The position numbers and the translations under genes are program-made. The notes under the pieces are model-generated. The model worked only from the letters and a program-made list of their open reading frames with translations. It was not told the DNA's origin and made no database searches. Of a DNA stretch of 64,000 nt, positions 58,501 through 64,000 are shown piece after piece. The stretch comes from an uncultured delta proteobacterium (lineage in GTDB: Bacteria > Myxococcota > UBA727 > VGSZ01), in contig CAVZJB010000008.1 in assembly GCA_963775425.1 (NCBI GenBank), positions 256,001 to 320,000 on the forward strand, written 5' to 3'. Position 1 is the stretch's first letter. Each line of letters opens with the position of its first letter.

Positions 58501-60809
58501 CCGGGGCGGAAGCCGGAGCCGTCGAGGAACACGCGGGTGCCGCCCAGCGTGGACACTGCCGTCGGCGTGGCGACCACGAGCACCGGCGGCGGGGTGGCGT
58601 AGGAGAAGCCCCCGGCGAGGATGGCGGTCTGGCCGTCGGGATTGGTGACGACGAGGTCGACCGCGCCGGCGGTGACCTTGGGCGGGGTGCGGCACGTGAT
58701 GCTCGTGTCGGAGGCGACGGTGACGTCGGAGGCGACGGAGCCGCCGAAGCGGACGAGCGCGCCGGAGACGAAGCCGGTGCCGCTGAGGGTGACGAGGTCG
58801 CCGCCGTCGGTGGAGCCGGTGGCGGGGGCCACGCTCGTGATGGCCGGCGCCGCGCCGGCCGGCTCGACGTAGACGAACGGGAAGCCCGCGCTCGCGATGG
58901 TGGAGCCGTCGGCGGTGACGTTCTCGACGACGAGGGTGGTGAAGCCGGCGCTGCCCGTGGGCGCGGTGGCCGTGATGAGGTTGGAGGAGACGACGACGAC
59001 GCCGGTGGCCAGTTGCCCGCCGACGGTCACGCGCGCACCGCCGTTTTGCGCGGAGAAGAAAGCGCCGCTGATGTTGAGCGCGGTGCCCCCGAGGGTGCTC
59101 CCGGTGGGGGGATCGACCTGGTCGATCTCCGGCGCCGGCGCGTCATAGGTGAACACCGACGGCAGCGTGGCCGCCTCGCCGTTTTGGTTGATGGCGACCA
59201 CCGTGAGCGGCGCGCCGAGATCGTCGGTGGACCCGGGCGGCGTGACGGTGTCGATGCGGGCGCCGTCGTCGGAGGTGACGGTCGCACCGGGGTCGGCCAC
59301 GTGCGAGCCGATGAGCACCGCGGCGGTGTCGAAGTCGATGCCGTGCAGCGTGAGATCGTTGCCGCCGCGGAAGTCGCCGTGGGTGCGCGACAGCGGGTCG
59401 ACGTCGTCGAACTCCGGCCCGGAGTTGAGCTGCGCGAGCAGCGCGAACGGCAGGCCGGCGTCGACGGAGCCGTCGCCCGGCTCGCGGCCATCGACGCGCG
59501 AGAGCACGATGATGGCGCGGCGCGTGTCGGTGCTCGACGTGTTGCGGAACTGCGCCGCCTCGGGCGAGGCGCCAGGGTGGGCGCTGACGACGCTCTCGCC
59601 GTCCGCGGCGGAGAGGCCGCCGGCGCCGTCGAGCACGAAGAGGCCGAGCTGGACGTCGGCGGTGAGGCCGTCGAGGACCACGCTCAGGCGGTTTCGCGGC
59701 GGGACGGCGACGTTGAACACGAGCCCGGGCGCGACGCCGCCCACGTCGTCGCCGGCGGTGGCGAACGGCAGCGCGGGGACGTCGACGGTGTCGTTGGGGT
59801 CGTCCGAGAGCTGCACGCTGCCGGGCGCGATGGGTTGTCCGCCAAAGAGCGACGCCGGCGGGAACGGGATGATGGTGCCGCTGAAGCCGACGGCCGCGCC
59901 GTCGACGGTGCCGGGGTCGTAGCCGGCGACCGCGGGCTGCGGGTCACCGTCGGAGCTCGCGATGACGGCGAGCTCGCTGACCGACGTCACGTGCGAGTCC
60001 GGCTGCTCGGTGGCGAGCGCCACGCTGCCGCGCACCAGGAACTCGTTGGTGGGCGCGAAGGTGACGGCGAGCAGCACCTCCTGGAACGGCTGCATGGTGA
60101 ACGGCTCGAGGCTGCGCGGGGCGCCGCCCTCGGGGGTGCCGGTGGGGTCGATGCGCGTGATGGAGACCCCCTGGCCGCCGACGACGACGGGCGAGACCGT
60201 CTGCGTGAGGCCGGAGACGTTCTCGACGACGATCACCTGCCGCGTGAACTGGCCGGGGCGGATGCCCGACGAAAACTGCAGCGTGTCGGGCAAGACCGCG
60301 AGCACGCGCTTGGGCGGCGCGGGGTCGAAGCCGGCGACGAGGTCGTCGATGTTGCTCGCGCCGTTGCCGTTTTGGTCGAAGACGGCGGCGCCGTCGACGG
60401 CCCAATCGGCCTCCTTGAGATCGAAGAACACCGAGCTGCGCGGCTCGAGCGTGACGTTCCTCTTGGCGAGGCCGACGAGCACCTCGTCGCTGTCGCCCGA
60501 CAGGCGCCCGAACACGCGCAGGGTGACGTCCGCCTTCTGTGCCTGCTGCACCGCGAGGACGAAGGCGCCGCTGAGGTGCTGGTGGCTCTCGTCGAAGGTC
60601 AGCTCGGTGGGTGCGAGCAGGCCCGGGATCTCCAGCGTGGCGCGCAGCAGGTCGCGCTGCTTCGGCGCGAGGTTGGCGACGCGCAGCTTCTTCGGCATGG
60701 TGATGGCGGCGTTGGCCTCGCCGCAGGAGCACGACGACAGCGCCGCGGCGGCGCCCAGGGTGGCCACGACGACGAGCCGCGCAGCGACGTTGCGATGGGG
60801 GCGGTTCAC
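52578..60809 (-). CDS. Giant surface lipoprotein (~2743 aa): Ig-like domains, multiple IPT/TIG domains, myxobacterial Cys-rich repeats, three Ig + NHL beta-propeller modules
   Basis: GTG 60809 with GGAGG SD; ALSSCSC lipobox; PxITSVxP..GG..V...GxGF repeats; CGNGxxxxxExCD repeats; YIADTNNxRVR repeats. Confidence 0.88.
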   Translation of the reverse strand: MNRPHRNVAARLVVVATLGAAAALSSCSCGEANAAITMPKKLRVANLAPKQRDLLRATLEIPGLLAPTELTFDESHQHLSGAFVLAVQQAQKADVTLRVFGRLSGDSDEVLVGLAKRNVTLEPRSSVFFDLKEADWAVDGAAVFDQNGNGASNIDDLVAGFDPAPPKRVLAVLPDTLQFSSGIRPGQFTRQVIVVENVSGLTQTVSPVVVGGQGVSITRIDPTGTPEGGAPRSLEPFTMQPFQEVLLAVTFAPTNEFLVRGSVALATEQPDSHVTSVSELAVIASSDGDPQPAVAGYDPGTVDGAAVGFSGTIIPFPPASLFGGQPIAPGSVQLSDDPNDTVDVPALPFATAGDDVGGVAPGLVFNVAVPPRNRLSVVLDGLTADVQLGLFVLDGAGGLSAADGESVVSAHPGASPEAAQFRNTSSTDTRRAIIVLSRVDGREPGDGSVDAGLPFALLAQLNSGPEFDDVDPLSRTHGDFRGGNDLTLHGIDFDTAAVLIGSHVADPGATVTSDDGARIDTVTPPGSTDDLGAPLTVVAINQNGEAATLPSVFTYDAPAPEIDQVDPPTGSTLGGTALNISGAFFSAQNGGARVTVGGQLATGVVVVSSNLITATAPTGSAGFTTLVVENVTADGSTIASAGFPFVYVEPAGAAPAITSVAPATGSTDGGDLVTLSGTGFVSGALVRFGGSVASDVTVASDTSITCRTPPKVTAGAVDLVVTNPDGQTAILAGGFSYATPPPVLVVATPTAVSTLGGTRVFLDGSGFRPGVTAVFAQGATSLAAPAVTFVNDSRIIATAPGGLAEGSADITVRNTDGQQSGTLAVDVFAPAAAPPRVLALNPASVRVDALNVTVTVTGSGFQTGMLAFLDTDPLPITNLTGTSFTFVPPLRAPGAAILRVANPDGQTDASALVYEDALAPVFTSVSPDVVGALVPGDVVTVAGQNLVAIDGGHVHLNDGAGAEYAATLVSASATALNVRVDDALPERGDFFITADFSTGTALSPTFAAIAPTLLSQQALSPPVDGANFTVLLQGSSLNHARITTARFVRDDDELTVEIAPSIATDSLVRVDSGGRLPQGVWRVALVYAFTDTGGQAQELTVSVPDGAGGAAPFTVAGQCGNGVLDAGEDCDVGGVFASGLSCTSFGFFGGTLTCDSNCHARTTQCSNCGDGIIDTADFEECDGTNFGGATCADFVAGSVGTLACNSQCQVNANSCSICGNGIIEGDEECDGNNFAGATCGDLGFNAGQISCDPLTCRLSSDLCSTCGNNRCDPLEDSSSCPADCVATCGNGTCDSGEACTTCPKDCGGQCEAPFSLSLGAGGGQSARFSADLAQAFVVHAQDTAGAPLVGLQIVLTAPPGGVVSPAVVLTDANGNASSLGTVSRALGAQTFTVTGTGPDGALLAGAPLSIAATATDLPTGFAGTLANAPAQQGRTQLLDGQGNAAPSAASKASLSLEGASGVVVRPSDGSIFVADSANNRVVRIAPDGELFLAAGSDAGQAAFVDNVAGPQARFSRPHGLALDANENLYIADTNNNRVRELDAQTGLVTTFAGGGTSTNENVLATTAQLSGPTSLVFAQTGDAFVLDNGSPDAIKKINTGGFISTAITVALCTTGNLRAGGLADTELTLDPQDRLVFLGQILNGGGCALPSSADVLFRLEADGTLTALAGGSTIVTTGAARGARLDTPSGLAMDPAGNAYVAERGTSERVRKVSATGVISTLAGTAGTVATSTTTGDGGPASGALFAVPSFLAFSPAGDLIITDAGLDDVRVVRAVAETTPPVVVATPFGGGQSATINQALASPLGVTVKDTDGTPISGVFVQVTTPAGAAAEPSSGFTDGNGVFSFVAFLPRTPGAATFTLTSTGLDGLPLGTPIVLTETATDIATGIIASIVNQTGVPGSTLSSSAARSLANLTTSFDGIAVDPDDGTVFYSDASNNRVLRVDPNGAVLAVAGTGAAGNGGNGPALSVALNGPHGLALDADKNLYIADTNNDVVRVLTSDGNLTVFAGSALNNPQPADGVVATGANLDAPSSVAVGPTAADGSDVPGITGNVFIVDEAHQRIRRVQVTTPALPGVIDSVVVGQACSSVTGVAATSFPQASLAFDKEGRLYYSGSIGNAGGCPVPDPNADYVFRLESDGVTQTALAGGNTEAASGAALGIRVHRVGGIAVDAAGNLYFAEGTGHRIRKVDVLGVMTTVAGDGVAGFTADNVNSTATRVNAPTGLAFDADDNLYVVDGGNERVRMIRGIGQQTPATATIAIVDGDAQIATMGQLAALPLRVRVIDGGSTPVVGLPVFFTALDLGDSVTQGVLATTLAGEASSTVRLGRSVTTPHRFQALARTWLDPVDIIDGTGQPPLFTLTAQRPPSGSTVAIANSQGTAGAVPPLSGFGEIAATQARLSLSVSGVALAADGTLFVSDSSNHRVVSISPEGHLSVFAGTGTSGFLDNVLATQAQLESPRGIALDAAGNVYIADAGGSVDRDRVRRVNISDGIITTIAGGAADTPGHGDGGAGSGVSLNDIRELSIGPDGFLYVVDNGFNDIRRIDPVSPFNTTSAVLGSQNCTAASGLVVSSISNTGLAWDAQDRMYFSANISNGGACPVPNNALNTSALLRLETDGTLTYIAGANNGSTGDGVNGNGMTVNNIGGLAYDAVADTLFFTEVSNHRLRALPGVAAVVAGQGAAGLGTSGTVRTLVGTLNTAGFSSLTAPGTGLLNAPEGVALDGNGDIYWTGDGSNAVRLLIP

Positions 60810-61765
60810 GGCGCACCTCCGACGATGATCTTGGCGGGCGTGGAGAGATACTCGTACGTGCCGACGGCGGCGACCGTGCCGCCGACGACGACGACGCCGG
60901 CGAGCGCGCTGCCCCACACGTACCAGCGGGCGTACCAGGGCTGCAGGCTGGCCTCGTCGACGAGGTCCACCTGCACCACCTGGGTCTCGTCGGCGTTCAC
61001 CGCCACGTCCTTGCCGAAGGGGACGTACCCCGGCTTGCGCACCTCGATGCGGTGCGGGCCGATGGCGAGGTCGTGCACCGGCTTCACCGGCGCCTGGCCG
61101 AGCTCCTTGTCGTCGATGACGACGCTGGCGCCGGCGGGCGAGAGGATCTCCACGCTGCCCGCGAGCGCCGCGGCCTTCTTGCCGAGCACGAGCCGGTCCA
61201 CCGCGGAGCGCGCGAGGTCGACCATGTCGTCGACGGCGCTCTTCCACGTGTACGCCACGCGCTGGAGGATCACCGGTGTGTCGGTGGTGTCGACGAGCGT
61301 GAGCGAGAACACCGCGGCGCCGCCTTCGGCCATCTCAACGGAGCCGAACACCACGCGCTTGGCCTGCGCGAGCTTGCCGATGTCCGCGGTGCACGCGGCC
61401 TCGTCGCAGCCGAGCAGCCGCTGGTCGGCCTGGTGCGCGAGCAGTGTCTTGAGCTCGTTGCGCGAGACGGCGCGCCACCCCGGCCGCGCCCCGATCTCCG
61501 TCGTCACCAGCGTGGTCAACGCCCTGGCGATGCCCTCGGTGCCCTTGCCCGCGCGCAGGTCGAGCACGGCGACGGTGAGCACGTCGTCGGGCAGTTGCAC
61601 GGCGGGCGCGGGCGCGGCCTGCTGCGGCTGCTGCGGCTGCGGCGGCGCGGCGGGCGTCGACGGGGCGTCGGCCGGCGTCGCTGCCGCGGGCGCGGCGGCG
61701 GGAGGCGTGTCGGGAGCGGGCGGCGTGGCGACCGCGAGGGCCGCGGCGATGGCGAGGGCGTGCAT
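60806..61765 (-). CDS. PEGA-domain protein: signal, Pro/Ala linker, CsgG/TolB-N-like domain, PEGA, C-terminal TM
   Basis: VAVLDL..GCDEAAC..IG; SPAGASVVIDD..G.AP..GPHRIEVRKPGY; PWYARWYVWG plus hydrophobic helix. Confidence 0.85.
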   Translation of the reverse strand: MHALAIAAALAVATPPAPDTPPAAAPAAATPADAPSTPAAPPQPQQPQQAAPAPAVQLPDDVLTVAVLDLRAGKGTEGIARALTTLVTTEIGARPGWRAVSRNELKTLLAHQADQRLLGCDEAACTADIGKLAQAKRVVFGSVEMAEGGAAVFSLTLVDTTDTPVILQRVAYTWKSAVDDMVDLARSAVDRLVLGKKAAALAGSVEILSPAGASVVIDDKELGQAPVKPVHDLAIGPHRIEVRKPGYVPFGKDVAVNADETQVVQVDLVDEASLQPWYARWYVWGSALAGVVVVGGTVAAVGTYEYLSTPAKIIVGGAP

Positions 61766-61902
61766 GGCGCGGACTGTGTGCCGAGCCGACGCCGGTCGTC
61801 GAGGGGGAACCCGCGCGGGGCTGGCCGCGTGCGGTCGCGGCCAGGCGGATCGTTCGACCCGCGGTTTGTTTCGCCTCTCGGTTCCCGTGCGAGAATCTCG
61901 AC

Positions 61903-62469
61903 GTGCGCTCCCCGCAGACGCTGAGCGAAGCCGACCGGCGGATTGTCGCCGCGTGGGCGGCAGACTGCGCGGAGCGGGTGCTCGGCTGGTTCGAGGCGGA
62001 AGCTCCAGAGGACTCCCGACCGCGTGATGCCATCGCGCGGACGCGGGCGTTCGCGCGTGGCGAGCTCGGCGTCGCCGAGGAGATCCGCCGGCGCTTCGTC
62101 GGTGGCGGCGCCGCTCGCGACGTGAGCGCTTGCGCGGCGGCGGCGGCTCGCGCGGCGGGGCAAGCCTCGGCCGTCGCGCATATGGGCGCGCACGCGCTCG
62201 GCGCCGCCGCGCAAGCCGCGAAGGCGGCAGGGCTCGGCGCGCCCGATCGGCCGACGGCCATCAGCGAAGAGATTCGCTGGCAGCTCGATCACATGTCCGG
62301 GGCGGCCGCAGCCGCGCTGCGAACGCTGCCGCCGGTCGGTGAGAATTCGTCCGGCCCCCTCGGGCCAGGGCTCCTCGCCTCCGGTCTCCTCGGCGCGATC
62401 ATCCGTGAGATTCAGGCGAGCTTGGCGGACCCAGGCCACGTGCTCCCCGCCGCCTGGCGAACGCTGTGA
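61903..62469 (+). CDS. Imm5-like putative immunity protein
   Basis: AWAADCAERVL..FE..PEDSRPRDAI..ARAAGQA..VAHM..HA..EIRWQL pattern (recall). Confidence 0.7.
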   Translation: MRSPQTLSEADRRIVAAWAADCAERVLGWFEAEAPEDSRPRDAIARTRAFARGELGVAEEIRRRFVGGGAARDVSACAAAAARAAGQASAVAHMGAHALGAAAQAAKAAGLGAPDRPTAISEEIRWQLDHMSGAAAAALRTLPPVGENSSGPLGPGLLASGLLGAIIREIQASLADPGHVLPAAWRTL

Positions 62470-62542
62470 ATGCTCTGCGGCGTAGGGCGGGGGCATGTCC
62501 CCCGCATCGACGCAGCCCACGCCAGCGCGCGCTCGTCGATGG

Positions 62543-63199
62543 TCAGCGCTTGCGGGCCACGAGCACGCCTTCGCGCAACGGGACGCAGGCGACGTCGAGC
62601 TCGGGGTCCGCGGCGACGGCGCGGTTGAACCTGTCGACGGCGTCGCGCGCCGGGTCACCCTCCTGGTCGATCCACCAGGAGGCCCCGAGCACGTTGTCGG
62701 CCATCAACAGGCCGCCCTTTTTGAGCATCGGCTTGGCGATCTTCCAGTAGGCCTCGTACTCGCTCTTGATCGCGTCGAAGAAGAAGACGTCGACGCTGTT
62801 GTCGCCGAACTCGGCGGCGAGCTTGGGCATGACGTCGAGCGCGGCGCCGAGGCGGACGTCGACCTTGTCGGCCACGCCGGCCTTGTCGAATTGTGCGTGG
62901 GCGAAGTCGGCGTGGAGCTCCTTGAGCTCGACGGTCACCACGCGGCCGCCGTCCTTCAAGCCACGCGCGAGCCAGATGGTGGAGTAGCCGCCCAGGGTGC
63001 CGAGCTCGACGACGCGCTTGCCCTCCGTGGTCTTCACCATGAGGCTCAGCAGGTGGCCGACGTCGCTGCTCACGGCGATGTCGGGCAGGCCCGCCTGCAC
63101 CGCCTCCGCCATCAGGCCGGCGAGGTGCGCGTCCTGCTTGCCAAAGACCTCGCGCAGGTAGTTGCGGGTGTACTCGAAGCGCTCGCGGGTGAATTCCAT
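62543..63199 (-). CDS. Class I SAM-dependent O-methyltransferase
   Basis: VELGTLGGYSTIWLA, FFDAIK, GGLLMADN. Confidence 0.93.
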   Translation of the reverse strand: MEFTRERFEYTRNYLREVFGKQDAHLAGLMAEAVQAGLPDIAVSSDVGHLLSLMVKTTEGKRVVELGTLGGYSTIWLARGLKDGGRVVTVELKELHADFAHAQFDKAGVADKVDVRLGAALDVMPKLAAEFGDNSVDVFFFDAIKSEYEAYWKIAKPMLKKGGLLMADNVLGASWWIDQEGDPARDAVDRFNRAVAADPELDVACVPLREGVLVARKR

Positions 63200-63208
63200 G
63201 CGCGCGGA

Positions 63209-63763
63209 CTAGTGCGCGGCCAGGAGCTTGTCGAGGAGGCGCCCCGCGTCTTTGTCGACGATGACATACGAACGGGCGGTGTCGCTCACGAGCTTCTCGC
63301 CGTTGGCGTGGTCGAGGAAGGCCACGAGGTGATCCCAGTAGCCGTCGACGTCGAGGAGCCCCACGGGCTTGTTGTGCGTACCGATCATGCGCCACGTGAG
63401 CGCTTCGAACAGCTCATCGAGCGTGCCGAAGCCGCCGGGCAGCGCGACGAACGCGTCGGCGTATGCGGTCATCACGGCTTTGCGCGTATGCATGTCGGGC
63501 ACGCGCAGCAGTTGCGTGAGCCCCTTGTGCGTGGGCTCGATGCCGTAGGGGTTGTTGGCGAGCACGTCGGGGAGCACGCCGATGACCTCGCCGCCCGCCT
63601 CGAGGCAACCGTCGGCGACGGCGCCCATGAGACCGGTCTTACAGCCGCCGTAGACGACGCCGACGCCGGCGGCGGCCAAGCGCGCGCCGAACGCCCGCGC
63701 GGCGCCGAGGTACTTGTCGTCGACGTGGGGCGAGGCACCGCAATAGACAGCGAGACGCGACAT
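63209..63763 (-). CDS. LOG family protein (TIGR00730-type phosphoribohydrolase)
   Basis: VYCGAS, YGG..GLMGAVA, MHTRK, LPGGFGTLDE. Confidence 0.95.
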   Translation of the reverse strand: MSRLAVYCGASPHVDDKYLGAARAFGARLAAAGVGVVYGGCKTGLMGAVADGCLEAGGEVIGVLPDVLANNPYGIEPTHKGLTQLLRVPDMHTRKAVMTAYADAFVALPGGFGTLDELFEALTWRMIGTHNKPVGLLDVDGYWDHLVAFLDHANGEKLVSDTARSYVIVDKDAGRLLDKLLAAH

Positions 63764-64000
63764 CAGCGCACCTTCATCAGGCGATCGCCCTCGACCGCGG
63801 CGAATTTGTCGACGGTGCGGAGCTTGTCGATGGCGGCCTTCTGGTCGGCGGACGTGCGGCTCGCGGGCGCGAGCGTGACGAGCACCCAGCGCACCGCGGT
63901 GCGCCGCACCTTGACCACCTTCACGCCGAGGGTCTTTTCCACGAGCGCCTTGACGTCGTCCGGCCCCGTGGTCCTGTCCTTCGGCTTGATGAGCAGGCGA
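63763..64000 (-). CDS. 3' end of a hypothetical protein (protease-propeptide/I9-like pattern); 5' end outside the window
   Basis: Manual translation RLLIKPKD...AIDKLRTVDKFAAVEGDRLMKVR*; TGATG overlap with the LOG gene. Confidence 0.65.
   Translation of the reverse strand, partial: RLLIKPKDRTTGPDDVKALVEKTLGVKVVKVRRTAVRWVLVTLAPASRTSADQKAAIDKLRTVDKFAAVEGDRLMKVR

Noticed and set aside
61805-61886. Multi-stem fold between divergent genes as an ncRNA/riboswitch
   Set aside because: Short GC stems are expected by chance at this composition and I recognise no family motif; an Rfam/covariation search would be needed

Overview
Very GC-rich bacterial window. Gene content (MYXO-CTERM-like tails, (GE)n linkers, zinc-ribbon/GYF/TPR protein, Cys-rich giant lipoproteins, PEGA protein, several Ser/Thr kinases) points to a Myxococcota-like organism. 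It holds about 45 real genes; most long ORFs in the supplied track are GC-driven shadow frames. Housekeeping genes (acyl-CoA dehydrogenase, bamD, purD, yajQ, phosphate acyltransferase-ackA, LOG, O-methyltransferase) are interspersed with many large predicted surface lipoproteins. Highlights: (1) a CsgG-like/PEGA/TM gene translationally coupled to a 2743-aa IPT/Cys-rich/triple-NHL lipoprotein, a candidate dedicated export/display pair; (2) a tandem pair of ~1400-aa paralogous lipoproteins with constant and variable blocks; (3) CTAG-terminated ~64-bp inverted repeats bracketing an 8.4-kb transposase-free segment; (4) two unrelated genes broken by a +1 frameshift at the same CGAATCCG octamer in the same phase; (5) an ECF sigma with an anti-sigma carrying tandem STN-like domains; (6) a cytochrome c with a CxCxCxC tail; (7) several gene remnants. 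I saw no rRNA, tRNA, CRISPR array or transposase. All family calls come from motif recognition by eye, not from database searches.
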